The position numbers were made by a program, and so were the translations under genes. From Basidiobolus meristosporus CBS 931.73 (lineage: Eukaryota > Fungi > Basidiobolomycota): DNA of 64,000 nt. The notes under the pieces were generated by a model that ran no database searches, was not told where the DNA came from, and saw only the letters and a list, made by a program, of their open reading frames with translations. Below, one piece after another: positions 37,850-51,413 of the stretch (its first letter is position 1; each line of letters opens with the position of its first letter). The stretch lies in the NCBI GenBank assembly GCA_002104905.1, contig MCFE01000145.1, forward strand, positions 1 to 64,000, in the 5' to 3' direction.

Positions 37850-40800
37850 CCCAATGAAAATTATTGTAATGATCCCATCAAAAGACCATCACAGATTCTG
37901 AGTCCTGTAACTAAGAGGTATTGATTCTATCAAGACACCATGCAAAGACTGTCAAAAAATAATTGCACCCCAAATATCATAAAAAACTTAGTCAAAGTTT
38001 TTCTTCACAACAATGCAAAAGTGGCTTTTGATTGGTTCTCTGCCAATTTTCTCACCTTCTGATCCCAGACACTCTATCACCTGCCAGATTTGTGTGCATT
38101 GATTGGCTATTGCCTCTTTTCACACTCCCTACTACCTGACTCAACCATTTCTCTTACTTTTCATGCATACAAATTGATGTATTTCTGTTGTAATCTCAAT
38201 TGTACCTCAATTGCCAGTTGTATTGACCTAGACAAGTCCCTATACCCTAAACTTACATTGAGCCCAACCCCACAGTCAACAAGTAACTCTATTGAAATCC
38301 ACCACTCAATGAGTATTTCTGCTGTAACACTCTGTTTCCACAATGTGGGCAGGAACCCTATGGCTTTAAGCCATTGTTCATTCACTGGTTCCCATACATC
38401 ATGGTCTTCAGCCAGCACTGCAAGGTCTAGCTCCTCATCTACCAGTCTTTGCAATAATTCCTTACAATATTCAAGTGCATTTTCTTGAGCACTGCTCTTA
38501 AAGAAGCAATGCAACCTCTTGGTGTGCCTATCAATGTTCCAAAATTCCTCCAATGGCATTGTGATAACCTTTTGAGTTCTTGACATTGCTACTTTGTCTG
38601 TCAGTGGGATCTCCACTCTGTCAATAGTAGAGGATGTGGAGGCTGAGGTAGACAAATTGCCTTTCTCTGCAAACTCATATACCTCACTGGAGTGTAGCTC
38701 AACTAGCTGTGCTTCCAAATCTTGTGAAAGCAGCTGTTTTCTTGTTGGTAATTCTTCTTGGCTATAATGGGATTTCATCTGTTCTGGGCTTATAGCATTA
38801 ACTGGCAAGAACTGCAGCTTTTTTCTCACACTTCCCTGTCTCAGGCTTGGGTAGACTTTTCCCCCTTTACCTTTTACTTTGTCACTGCTGGGTCTTTCAC
38901 TGCTAATCTGTTTGAGTGCTTCTTGTATTGAACCATGTTTTCTCCTTGATAAATACTGCTCTGATGCATCTGGTTTGGCCTGCTTGTCCCTTGCTGGCAT
39001 GCTGCAGGCAGCCTGACACTTCTTTCTCACTTGTTTCAAGCCCTCAGCTCATGCTGTGATGGACTCCTAAGGTAACCTCTTATTTTTAGCACTAGCAGGT
39101 CCTTCACTGCTACTTTAACTGAGTGTTTCTTGATTAGAACTACACTTTTTCGTTAGTAAATGTTGAGCCGGTTCATCTGTGTCTGCCTGCTTTTCCCTTA
39201 TTGGCACTCTTCCAGCTACCTGATGCCTCTTTGATGCTTGTTTTGAACTTTTGGCCCTGCTGGTAATGGGCTCTTGAGGAAGCCGCTGGTTTTTAGCCAT
39301 TACACCCTTATTCTTCTGCCTTTGATAGTTTCTGCAATTCTTGAGATGCTTTCTTAGCATACCATCCTGGCCCAAAATCTGTTTGCTTGTTTGAATCCAG
39401 GATAATGCTCATAAAGAAGTCAAACACATTCTGCTTGGCTGTGAGCTCCTGATAGTCCCATAGTGTGCCAGCCTTAAGGTGTTGGCATGCTAGACTTCTA
39501 ACAGCCTCTTGAATATTAGCTCACTTTTCATTATTGCACTCAACAGCTTCACAGATCTTCAAAGTCTTTTACTTTTTAGGCTTTGGTACAAACACTACAT
39601 TTTCTCCCTCCCATGCTGAGATAGGTTTTTCTCTGGGCTTTATCTGTGGGCACTGATGTTATGCTTCAAAGACTGTATGGTGTTCCTGTGCTGTTACATT
39701 GGGGAATGGCTCAATTCTTGGCTGTGACATTGAGCTACTTGAGTTCCTTCTTTGCAGCAAAGATACTGCTTTCTCTACCTGGGATATTGAATGCTGTACA
39801 CCTTTTATCCACTCATCCTGTTTCTGGACTATTTCCAAATTTCTCTGGGTCATTGAATCTATCCAATTAGCCACTGCACCTAATTGCCTCATTAATGCTT
39901 TGGTATGAGCTGACAACATACTTGCTAATACAGGTGGTGGTTATGTTATGATGGTCACTTGCTGGTCTTCCACTGAAGGTACTGCTTTTCCTACATTCTC
40001 ATCTGCCTCAGCAATATAATTAGCTAGTGGCTCTGCAAAGATTCCCAATTGCCTACATGACTAAGAGCCTGAGGAGTCCACATCATTCCCTTCAGTGGGC
40101 ATACTGTCCACAGGGTCTTTTTTGGTTGTAGCCCTGCTTGTTGCACTGAATGTCAAAGCAAGCTGTTGTCCAACTGTTTTTATGCTGCTGTCAGTTGTGG
40201 GGTTTGGTTGGGAACCAGACAACTTTACTTTATTTTTGGCAGCATATATATGGAGGTGAGTCAAACCAAAGGGGAAATGGTGTTATATATATGATTGTAT
40301 GTGGTGCCATAACTTTATTTAAAATACTTACTACAGCAGGTCATCATTGAATCTTTCATTCATTTAGGTGCAATGTCTCAAATACAAGACTGTCTTAAAC
40401 TCACATAAGTAATGACAAAAAAGTGATATAATAGCATTATGTTGCTGAGTGTCAAACTGTTTGCCCTGTGGGCAAGGCTACTTTGATTCAACATTGTAAG
40501 AGAAAAGTAAAAGAGTATGTGGCTATTGTAGCAAGCTTCTCTGCCATGGAGCACACAGACAGCATAGGAAGTATTACAAGGATCACAGCCAGTATTTTGC
40601 CACACAAGTCATATTTGGCCATTCATCAGTCACTACTGTACCAACAGTATCTTGCCAGCCACTTTGTACTTCTATAATGGCATCTGACCATACTTGCCAC
40701 CTTGTGCAAACTGAGTCAGGAGAGTTTATGAGACTTTAAGGCTCACCTCAGCCTTCTGAATATGGCATGCAGAGTGATAGCTTTGAAGAAGCAGGCTCAC

Positions 40801-41550
40801 TGATGGATTGTCAGCCTATCCTCCCCAACATCAGTACCCTGCATGAGCCTGGCAAATCCCATTATGTAGTGAGACAACACCTGTGGAAAAAAATGCAAAG
40901 GATACTTTATGGAGTCAAGTGAGCCCAGTAAACCATCCACCGGTGAATGATGTGCTCATGTGGCTAGAGAAGTGGAATGTTTTCACTAATATCAGTAATA
41001 GGGGCTTTGAGGATTTACTACTACTTCTTGCTAAAATCATCCTGGGATGCAACTTACCATGTACATGGTATAAATAGAAAACCATACTGCAGCTGGCAAT
41101 ATATGACCCAGAGACTGTCATTATACTAACATGTATTAACAGTTGTATGGCATTCACATCAGAAAATGCCACCATTGCAAGGTGTCCAACATGTCAGGAA
41201 TCCACCACCATTGGGGGAAAACATTGTTCACACTCCAGACATATTCTGGTAATACCCCATATAAAGAAACTCATATGGTCCAACATATATTGTGGAGCTA
41301 TAAAGTAATGTACTCAGTATCAATCATGCACAAACATATCAGATATATATGATAGCACACTTTACATACAGCTAAGAAGCAAGGGCTACTTTGAAGGTAT
41401 TTATGACCATGCCTTTGACTTGGCACATGATGGATTCTCATTAAACATGTACTCAACCAGCTGATCCTGCTGGCCACTGATTCTCATCAACCTGAATCTG
41501 CTGCCCATCTTATGATATCAGAGTAGAAATCTGAGCGTAGTCACACTGCT
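37850..41550 (+). mobile_element. CACTA/EnSpm element copy A (truncated): divergent accessory ORF plus 5' half of the transposase
   Basis: Collinear with 53775-57060. Transposase motifs TCINSCMAFT..ARCPTCQE and the DGFS..WPL..NL region. Many stops. Confidence 0.85.
38161..39039 (-). pseudogene. C-terminal 292-codon open segment of the CACTA accessory ORF
   Basis: Homologous to 54353-54925/54219-54440 and 5535-5695. Upstream parts at 39115-40264 are frameshifted. No recognised domain. Confidence 0.6.
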
Positions 41551-41904
41551 ATCTGGGCCTTGTTGTGCATTAATATTTAAAACTTAGCCTATTTTACTAC
41601 ATTAGAAAATCTAGTACCATAACTGATGTTCCCTGACCCAAACATTACTAAACCCAGTTATAATTTATTATATCACTTCTCAGAATCTATTTTTAGCTGT
41701 CACACCTGATCAATCTTCATGTAGTCATTACATCTTCAACTTATCTGCTAAGCCTTCCAAGTGATTAGTCATCTGAGATCTATCCAACCACTTAGCAGTG
41801 GTCAAGACATCATATGATCAACAATGCAATTTCTCAATTATCTTTTGCACCTCTGAACACCCCAACAGTTTGCAATTAGTGCAGTCTCTTGGCGCTTACT
41901 AATT

Positions 41905-42115
41905 AGACTTGTTCCATTGTGCCATTGATCATAGTGCCAGAAAGTGCTGTATATTTTGTTATTAATTTGATATTTTAGGGTCATATGCATGTCAATTTTG
42001 ATCCCAAATTGGCACTGTATGGCACTGTTGGGCACTCTGTGGCATGATCAGGCACCATCTGGCATGCTATGGCACTATTGGGCACTATGATCAGCTGGAA
42101 TGATGGAACAAGTCT
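41905..42115. mobile_element. 211-bp PHIS-family MITE (short type)
   Basis: TIRs AGACTTGTTCCAT...ATGGAACAAGTCT with ATT/ATT target duplication. Inverted copy at 52521-52731. Confidence 0.9.
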
Positions 42116-42372
42116 ATTCAACTTGATCAGAAAGATGTAAATAAAGTTTACTAAACCGTTTGGTTCAGTGTGTATCCCAATAAAATTAAGATTGTGCCTC
42201 AGCAAAATTAAGAATTCAACAATTCTGTTCTAGTTTCTACCAAAGCCTAGCATAACTAACACTCCTATGAACATCAAGCCTAGATTGCATAGCAAACCAC
42301 TCTGGTGCCTTTATAGTCAAACTCAGCTATATACAAGACCAATATTAGACCAGATGTTCTCTGCTAATATTC

Positions 42373-43104
42373 AGACTTGTTCCGTTGGATAGTGCCACAT
42401 TGAGCCATGAGTGCCAAATGATACCATAGTGTGCCAGGGAGGCCAAGTGAGCCTCCACTTGGCCACAGAGTGAGCAGCACAGCTCTGCATCTTCATGAAA
42501 GCAGCCCCTGTGTTTCACTCACTGTGATGGAGAAAATCCATTTTTCGACCTTTTTTTTTAGGTCAATGTTGTAAAGGATGTGTAAGTGAACAAAAGGATT
42601 AAAGATATGCATCTGGTACTCAATACCCATGGCACTCTGAATCTAGCTCCTGTGGCTTGGAATATGTCACAAAAATGCATGGCACTATCTTGGTCCACTG
42701 GTATTATCTGGCACTATAAGTGCTTTGTATTGATCTTACTTTAGGGCTAATATTTAAATATAGTGCCAAATAGTACCAGTGGACCAAGAGAGTGCTATGC
42801 ATTTTTGTGACATGTTACAAGCCACAGGAGCTAGATTCCAAGTGCCATGGGTATTGAGTAACAGATGTTTATCTTCAATCCTTTAGTGCTCTTACACATT
42901 CTGCACAATGTTGATCCACAAAAAAGCATCAAAAACTGGATTTTCTCCTGCATCATAGGTGAAACACAGGGGCCAATTTGCATGAAGATGCAGATCTATG
43001 TTTCATACTCTGTGGCCAAGTATAGGCTCACTTGGCCTCTCTGGCACACTATGGCATCATTTGGCACTCATGGCTTAATGTGGCACTATTCAATAGAACA
43101 AGTC
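42373..43104. mobile_element. 732-bp foldback MITE (long type) inserted in the Gypsy 5' region
   Basis: AGACTTGTTCC terminus, long inverted arms, central 42-bp loop. ATT is duplicated, slightly irregularly, relative to the empty site at about 770. Confidence 0.9.
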
Positions 43105-43249
43105 ATTTATGTAGCCCTTGAAAATTCCAAGATTCTGCGCTTAGTTGTCACTTATGTTCAGTTAACTCAATCAAGAGCTCATTACACTTTTCTCTTGAAT
43201 ACAACATTTTTTTGTTGAATTCCATTACATTCACCACTTCTTACAATGT

Positions 43250-45790
43250 CCTCAGCAGCAAGCAATCTAAATATTTACATGCCGCAACAGCCAGAAAAGA
43301 GAGCAGTCATGTGACCAAGAAGCAGCCACCCACTACAAAGCATTGTGAACTTCAGGGAAGATGTTATCATTCTACTAGTGAATGCAAAGGCCTGACTAAG
43401 CAGTTAAACAAGTCAGGAAACATGTCAGGGAAGCAGCAAAACACCAAAACTGATAATCTATATGCCAATGACAAATGCTTTAAATGTGGAAAGATGGGAC
43501 ATGGATCACCAGCATGTCCTGAGAAGTACTCCACACCATTGGCAAAAATTACTCAGATTCTAGATGATTGTTCAACCAATGAAATGACAGGGTATCAGAA
43601 GGCATATGAACAACTGCCAGTTCATGACTATCATAACCTCTCTGAATTTGTGGCTAAAATTGCAACTGTTCAAGATAAGAGGCAACCACTTGCGCAGCTA
43701 AAAGCTATAGAGGTGCCACTCAAACTCAACAGCCAATCATATGTAACACTACTGGATACTGGATCATCAAACTCTATTGTATCACCTAATGTAGTCACAG
43801 AAGTCAAATTGGAAATAGAGAAGCAACCAGGAGATATCATACTTGCAGCTAAAGACCTCTCAGCCCCAAGAATTGGTATCACCAACCCAATCAGCATGCA
43901 TTGTGGCTCAATGACTAAAATCCATTGAATGGAAGTTATTAACATTGCAGATGGACCTCAAGTAGTCATTGGTCTAGACACCTTCACCAAACTTGGCTTT
44001 CACATTGGCAGACTACCAGTTTCATATCCTGGAGTCACTATATCTCAGCCACCCATTATGGATCAGATTCTAGAGATCATCTTGCCCCATCTGGAAGCAG
44101 AGGAGTCAACCCCAGTTTTTTAAGTGTATTCTTAATCAGTCATATTGAATATTCAGCCAGCCATAGAAAGAAACCAAGCCATTCCTAGGAACAGTTTTTG
44201 CACCATTCCAGAACCCATTGTTATGCTAGAAACCCCACCTGGTGAGTTAACATGGAGGAGGCAATACCCAGTTCCATATTCTTGTCAATGCTTGGTTCAT
44301 GAAATAGTCCAAAAGTGTGCTGACAATGGAACTATCACTCAAACCCCTGTCAACACAACAGTTAGCAGCCCTCTGATGCCTGCATCCAAGAAGGATGCAA
44401 ATGGAAACCTAACTCTGAAGAGATCCTGTTAGGACCCTAGACCTCTGAATCAACTTCTCCAAGATGATAAATTTCCAGTTCCAAGAGTCCAGGATATCTT
44501 TTCCTCACCATCAGGAGCAAAACTATTCTCCAAGTTGGACTTGAAGGATGCACATCATCAATTCCAGATCCATCCAGAGCATCAGCATAAGACTGCCTTT
44601 ACTTGAAATAATATGCAATGGATGTTTCAGAGTGCTCCCTTTGGCCTAAAGACACTTGCCAGTAAGTTCCAGACAGTGATGACCATAATCCTCAAGAATG
44701 CACCATATGCCTTGGTATTTGTTGATGATGTCATCATATTTTCCACAAACCAAGCTGAGCATGCAACTCATGTCATTTATGTAAGCAATAGACTGACAAC
44801 TGCTAGACTAATTCTCCATGCGGAAAAGTGCAGTTTTGCTTGCCTCAAAATCTATCTAAATGAATATGTAGTCACACTGGATGGCTACCAACTCAACCCT
44901 TTCAGACTGGTCAGTATTCCTGAGTGGCCAAAACCCACTAGTGCTAAGCAACTCCAAAATTATCTTAGACTATCTGACTATTTCAAGGAGCACATGCCTT
45001 GCATGTCTTCATTGAGTGCCCCTTTGAATGCATTACACCATAGTCCTGATCTTCCCCCAGCCTGAAACAAGGCTTATGACCAAGTATCTGAGTCACTCTG
45101 TCAATAGCCCCCACAAGCACCCACCCTATCCTACCCACACTTTGCTAGGACCTTTGTTGTAACTACAATGTATCTAATGTTTGGTTAGGGGCTGTCTTAT
45201 ACCAGGATGAAGACCAAAGTCCACCTGACTGGATCTCCTTACAAGCCAGATCCCTACAACCTGCTGAGAGAAACTACTCTGCAACTAAGAAGAAGCTACT
45301 TGCCATAGTCTTTGCCTTAAAGAAGTCTCATCAGTACTTATGGGATAACCTTTTTACCTTGTACACTAAACACCAAGCCCTTGCTTATATCCAGACTCAA
45401 AAGACTCTGACTCCAATGTCTGCCAACTGGCTTGATACTCTACTTGATTGTGAATAGAAAATTATTCATCACCCAGGAATCCTCAACATCCTGCCTGACC
45501 GCCTTTCAGCTCTTTTCCCAACTTCACCTTGGGAGGGACATGTGATTACTGACATAATCAGTGTGTTCACTACAACTTCCAAAATAATTCCTCAACTGGA
45601 TTCAGCAACATGGAAAATCCCACATGCCAATGAAAGGAAAACATTGGTACTGAGGAGTCATGTACTTGGCCACTTTAGAGCTGACACACTTATGAAGAAG
45701 CTACACTCCAATGGATATCACTGGCCAAATATCAAAGCTGACTGCCTAGAACTTGTCAAGCCTTGCAGAGAATGTCAGCTTTACTGGTAA
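43250..45790 (+). mobile_element. Degenerate Ty3/Gypsy retrotransposon gag-pol (integrase truncated)
   Basis: Zinc knuckle CFKCGKMGHGSPAC, protease LLDTGSS, RT motifs DKFPVP, FSKLDLKDAHHQF, APFGL and FVDDVIIFS, RNase H NYSAT..LLAIVFAL, integrase HVLGHF..CRECQ. PR-RT-RH-IN order; many stops/frameshifts. Confidence 0.92.
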
Positions 45791-45812
45791 GTTAAGAGCT
45801 GCCTGATAAAAT

Positions 45813-46323
45813 TGTTATGAATAGACACAAGGCAGGAGAGTAGGGCTAGGAAAGGCAGGACCAGGAAAGGACTTAGGTGTGGATCAACAAGGCAAGGCTG
45901 TTTATTTAAGTCCTGAGTTTATCAGACTGAGGAATACAAAAGGGGAGATAGAACTATATATACTTTTTGGCAATATAGATGGCAAGAGATATTGACTAAT
46001 ACTAATGGGGTTCTGGGATGAGGCACAGTAGATGTGCCAAGAGAGAAATACACTAAAGAACAGACTAGACCAACACATGGGGATATGTCATGAGTTGGCT
46101 GATCAGGTGACTAGGTCATGTGACACGTAACTATTGTATATGGCACTGAGCCACATAAATACTAAAGGGAAGCTTCCATAAAATGATCCATTGTGAAATG
46201 TTTACTTGGAGCTTTCCAGAAGCTGCTAGAATGTAGTAGAACTTTCTAGAAGGAACCAGGATTTCTTCACCAACTTGATTTGGTCAAATCATGAAAGGTC
46301 AAGGATATCATGCAATCATGACA
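45813..46323 (-). mobile_element. Probable solo LTR of another family at the Gypsy/Copia junction
   Basis: TGTTATGA...TCATGACA ends, with TATA-like and AATAAA-like signals on the minus strand. Flanks AAAT/AGAT are only an imperfect duplication. Confidence 0.4.
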
Positions 46324-46399
46324 AGATCAGAACTGATTGCTCCAGTTAGGAGATCTACTGGAGTAATAAATGGCCTTGGATCTTGGTGGCAGACACTCA

Positions 46400-47997
46400 A
46401 TAAATGTGATGAAGCATATCTTGCCTTATGTGCCCAACCTTAAAATCTGGAACAGCCAATACAAAGTCCAGATACTACTATATGCCAACAAGCCATGTAG
46501 GAGGAGTTCCAGTCACTAATAATGGCAAAAATGGTGCACCTGGTATATATACCAAATGGGACAAAGCCAATAGAATACAGATAGGTCTACAAGATCAAGC
46601 CAACCTCAATTGGTTCTGTTGATAAGTACAAGGCTATATAGATGGCCAAAGGCCATTCATAGCTCCAGGGGCTAGAGCATAAGGTAACAATTACTCTGAT
46701 TGCCAGATTGAGCCCCATTAGGACTGCTCTAGGCCTGGCAGATGCACACAGTCTAGATCTACACCAAATGGATGTCAAAGCAGCCTTTTTATAGGGGATC
46801 TGCAGGGAATTATACATACAGAACAACCAGAAGGTTTTACAGCCCAAAAGACCCTTATAAGGTGTGCAGACATAGAAAATTGCTGAATGGGTCTATGCAG
46901 GCACCTATAGAGTGGTAACACACAGTTGACATATATCTAGAGGTATTTGTTCCTTTATAGCACCACAGATACTGCATATATATTGAGCAGCTTATAGCAG
47001 AATGATTATCCTAGTACTTTATGGGGACAACCTATTCATAGGTACAAGTGACCAAGAAGCACTTAGACAGACAGAATCAGACCAATACAGCAAATATGAG
47101 ATATAAGATATTTGAGAGTAGAGTTATTTTCTTGGAAATGAAGTCAACTTGTCATACCTACATAGAAAATTGTGCTGAATCAGTCTGAGTAAATCAGGGA
47201 TATTCCCAGAGGCTTCAAGATGGAAAATTACAAGCCTGCAGAGATCCTTGTGAATAATAACCTGAAACTGAGCAAATCTCAGCCAGTTTTGAGTGAATCA
47301 GCTCAAACTTGGAGCAAACCTTTTGCTATCAGTCAATGGCTGGTAGCTGATGTACCTAATAGTGTCCACACATCCAGCTATTTAGTGGCAGATTGAATAG
47401 TCAGTCATTGAAGCATAAAAATGGATCTGATTAAATTGCTATAGTTAAGCAAATCTTCAAATATCTGCATGATACCATTAATATGGATCTGAAATACTCT
47501 ACAGCAGGTAATAAGCAACAGATAATGGCTATACAGATTCAGATTAGGGTAGGGATCTGATTGATTGATGCTCTACCACTGAATATTAATTCTATCAGCT
47601 GGTGCAGCTACTACTTGGATTTGCAAGAAACAACCAACTGTGGCCCTCTTGACAACTGAGGCAGAATACAAGGCTTCTTGTCAAGGAGTTAAGGAGGCTG
47701 TATGGTGACAAATGATGCTGAGAGACCTAGGTATTGGCCCAGAGGAGCAAATATGTATTTACAAGGATAATCAAGGCTGTATTTGTTGGCTAGAAACCTT
47801 ACTATTCATGCCAGAACTCAACACAATGATATACAACACCTTTTTGTGAGGGAAGCTATAGAAAATAACTTAGTAGAGTTGGTTTACTGCCCAGCAGACA
47901 AAATGGTGGTAGATATACTGAGATAGTCACAAGCTTGGCCACAATTGGATAATCTCACAGCAAAATTGGGATTAAACATTATTTAAATCAGGAGAAG
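46400..47997 (+). mobile_element. Degenerate Ty1/Copia RT-RNase H region ending in a polypurine tract
   Basis: GSVDKYKA..AKGHS, LDLHQMDVKAAFL, YTDSD, CKKQPTVALLTTEAEY and DNQGCI motifs. Purine tract AGGAGAAG followed by TG at about 47998. Confidence 0.9.
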
Positions 47998-48921
47998 TGA
48001 TGCAAAATTGGACTCTTTAGTAACTTTTGGCAGCTAAAATTCTACTGGACAACTTGGGACTAGTGAATGTCACTGTAGGACAAATTTACCGCCCAAATCT
48101 TGCCCATTTTCTTCAGATTTATCATCTCATCATTATTCCCCTACAATCAAGATCAAGTTAGCACTTTTACCAAAAATTAGACTTGTTCCATCGTACCATG
48201 CCAGGGCACGTGGCGCAATCCGCGGTCGCAAAGAACAATCGGGCGCAATATTATAGCTACCAGAAGGCAGGATTGTTCTTGGACAATTTTGCACTATGCG
48301 GGACGATCTTGCACACTATGGCACAATCTGACACGATGAGGTTGGCGCAGATGATTGCGCCAACTTGTAATGTTTGCATCACGTGCGCAATCAGATACCG
48401 CTATAATGGCAGGTAAAATCCGGTATAATGATATGTTTCTATAATGTAAGTGGAAATAAATGTGTATCACACTATAAACTATACTGATACTTACCATTTT
48501 GGTTACCCTCACTCCAATTGGACGGTATCTCAGTGGTTAATTGGTCCAAAAGTATCCTGAAGCTGGCAGCCCCCAATTGGCTCATTGACTACTGAGAAAG
48601 CTACCTGATTTGCCATTAAATATCCCATTTTGCCCATTGAGCAAGTAAATCCCTGATCCTAGTGATTGGACAAGGTGTCATAGCTAGCACGCAAGCGATT
48701 GTGTAGGTGCAAAACAGATCCAATAGCTGCACTGGTAGTACAGATGACGTATATATATGCAGGGTGTTTATTTATAGGGGTTCTGTCTCAAATGTGAGAC
48801 AACCTTGATATTACGTATATCAAAAATTTGATGATCACTGATTTGCAATGGCTCAATTTGGATCGCAAAAAAAAAGGGTTGTCGGGATCATTACAAATGT
48901 GAGCAATTCAAAGCAATCGCA

Positions 48922-49935
48922 TCATCTTCTCCTGGGTTTTTTTCTCACAGGGATTACTACTGAAGCATTTGGTAGTGACTCACTTTGCACACCTATACTA
49001 CTTCCTGGCTGACTATCATCTTGGCTACTTGTGTATTTGTAGTCAGTATTTTGCCTCCTAGTTGATGAGTGCGATGCTGCAGCTTGGCCGTGCTGAATTG
49101 CTCCGACTGAACCAACTGAACCGGCCTGTAGTCCCACGCGCTGACGCATTCTTTTACTTGCCAAGGGCTCCGGTGGTTGAGGCACTTCATGTTGGTCATC
49201 ATCAGTCAGTTCACCAGAAGTAACTCGCTGATGGTCAGGCAAGACGGCACGCACAGGCGCGCCTTGACACGTTGAGATGGCCCTTGGCTGAGTTTGATGT
49301 GATGCCGCATGTTGACGCAACTCGGTCCGCTCCAATGGACTCGTGTCTAAATGAGCAGTTTGGCAAGTTCTTGTAGTTTTGCTCTGAAGCACGCGCTTTG
49401 ACCCGACGCGCGTTGACTCAACGCGGGGCGTTCTGGTAAAGGGTGTTGGCGTACTCTGGACTGACATGTGCCGGCGCGCTGTGGTTGCAAGAGATGGTAG
49501 GGAATCCAGCGAGGCGTGCTGGCGCAATCTGGACAATGTTGCTCGCGGTCTGTATTCTTCCTCCTGAAGCTCACCATCTGATTCCTCAAGGTATTCACTT
49601 ACCCTCTGTCTGATACTTTGGAGCTGTTGCCTGGATGAGTCCTGTGTATATTGCTCTTGGAAGCCACTTAGCTCTACTAATATATCACGTAGTACATTAG
49701 TCATTTGAGGCAAAAACTCATTCAAAATCTCTTTGGTTCCCAAAGTTGAGGCACAAACGGACGCGTCTGGCCCGTACTGTGCAAATTGCGCGCAAAATTG
49801 TTCCCGCGTGGCTTCTTTGTCAAATTCCCTCACTCTCAGCTCATTCTTGATTTCAATACTTGTCTTGTTATATATCTTTTTACATACATCGGCTGGCATC
49901 TTGATGTAGAACTCATGCCACAGCTTTCTACTCAA
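48922..49935 (-). CDS. PHIS accessory ORF2 (N-terminal SAP/HeH-like helix pair, long disordered tail)
   Basis: 337-codon open frame (first ATG at 49899). KTSIEIKNELRVR(E/G)FDKEATREQF resembles a SAP motif (inference). An in-frame upstream extension (49951-50169) is cut by one TGA that is also present in the second copy. Confidence 0.7.
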   Translation of the reverse strand: MSRKLWHEFYIKMPADVCKKIYNKTSIEIKNELRVREFDKEATREQFCAQFAQYGPDASVCASTLGTKEILNEFLPQMTNVLRDILVELSGFQEQYTQDSSRQQLQSIRQRVSEYLEESDGELQEEEYRPRATLSRLRQHASLDSLPSLATTARRHMSVQSTPTPFTRTPRVESTRVGSKRVLQSKTTRTCQTAHLDTSPLERTELRQHAASHQTQPRAISTCQGAPVRAVLPDHQRVTSGELTDDDQHEVPQPPEPLASKRMRQRVGLQAGSVGSVGAIQHGQAAASHSSTRRQNTDYKYTSSQDDSQPGSSIGVQSESLPNASVVIPVRKKPRRR

Positions 49936-50528
49936 ATTCTTCCATCTTTGTCAACTCTCTGAGGTATCTAGTTCTGCTAGATTAATCAGTAGTGCCCAAA
50001 TATCTGTATGAAGGCTCATCATAGACACTTGGGCCATACTAAAATCATTTGGCAAGAACTCAAACAGATCTGACATCAACTTTTCCGGTCCGGACCGCGC
50101 TTGTGAGCTGGGGGATGGGTTTTGTCTGGGTTGTACTAAAGATGAGTTGAGGCTTGGTATGGGGACCATAGCAACGGATTTGGATACTTATACAGCAGTA
50201 TATTGGCATCAACCTGGTCTTATATGAAATATATATGAAAACTAAAGTGATTGTTGAATTTTCCATATATTATGCATGATGCATCTTGGATCGCATTGAT
50301 ACGGATCAGGTCACATCAATCGCAGATTTCCTATTTGATTATAGACCTATGATTAAAGCATCAATAAAAGTACCAAGGCATTGTTTGCGGATGATTTTTG
50401 CAACATAATGATGGGATACATGGCAATTGATTGAGATTTAACCAAAATGTGTTAAAAATCAGATAAATAACTCAGATCACGCCAAATCAATTCAAACCGC
50501 CTTCATACAATCATCCATCAATCTTAAT

Positions 50529-51413
50529 ATGACTTACTCATCTGAATGGTCTTTTCTCATCAATCCCATCACTACCACTGGATTTCCTTTTGACACACTG
50601 GAGGAGATCTATACCAAGTACTGTGGACCATCAACCCCAATCTACTCAAGGAGATCCCTTGTTAAGCTTCTCTGCTATTACAAGAACTATTGCCCCACAA
50701 GGTTTCATCCCACCATCCATGGCAACAAAAGTCCTAGAAGCTTTCATTCCCAGCTGACAGCAATGGAGAACCACCTTGCAGAGGGTATGAATGACTTAGA
50801 GCAAGCTTGCAATACTAGGTTCAGAAGCTCCAATAGACTTCCATATCCCAGAGTGTTCAGCAACAGGTTCCATATAAGGGGTATTTTGGATACCTTCCCA
50901 GTGAGGATTAACAGACCTTCTAGAGGGCAGTGGCACTTTTATTCTGGCAAGTACAAGGCACACTGTGTGAAGTTTCAAGCACTGTCTGACATTGAGGGTA
51001 ACATCATCTGGTTTAGTGGGCCATTTGCTGGAAGTAGGCATGACAAAGCACTCTGGGTAGAGAATCATCCTGAATTCAGTAGAGGGGAGAAATGTATGGC
51101 AGACTTAGCCTATATAGGAGAGGATTGTCAGAGATTATGATGTATTACAGCTTATAGGAAGCCAAGGAATGGTGTGCTTAGCAGGAAGCAGAAGCTCTAC
51201 AATGAGATTTTTAATCATTTCAGAGTAAGGGTAGAGCACACATTTGGATATCTGAAGAGATTCAGCATATTGGCAGGTAAATACAGAGAAAAGTCATATA
51301 TAGGAGAAAACAGCAGAATAGGTAAAATAGTTAAGATACTTATTAATGCACAGTATGTTCATACAAGAAGACATCCACTAAGAGAAATGTGTCTGGAGCA
51401 TTATGAAGAGTAA
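50529..51413 (+). pseudogene. DDE_Tnp_4/HARBI1-like transposase with a single in-frame TGA (51138-51140)
   Basis: GILDTFPVRINRP, FYSGKYKAHCVKFQ, FSGPFAGSRHD, MADLAYIG and YNEIFNHFRVRVEHTFGYLKRFSIL. The two ORF-track entries are one continuous frame. Confidence 0.9.

Noticed and set aside
42011-42090. Regularly spaced short repeats suggesting a CRISPR-like array
   Set aside because: The period is 10 bp with no spacers, the context is a eukaryotic MITE, and there are no cas genes.
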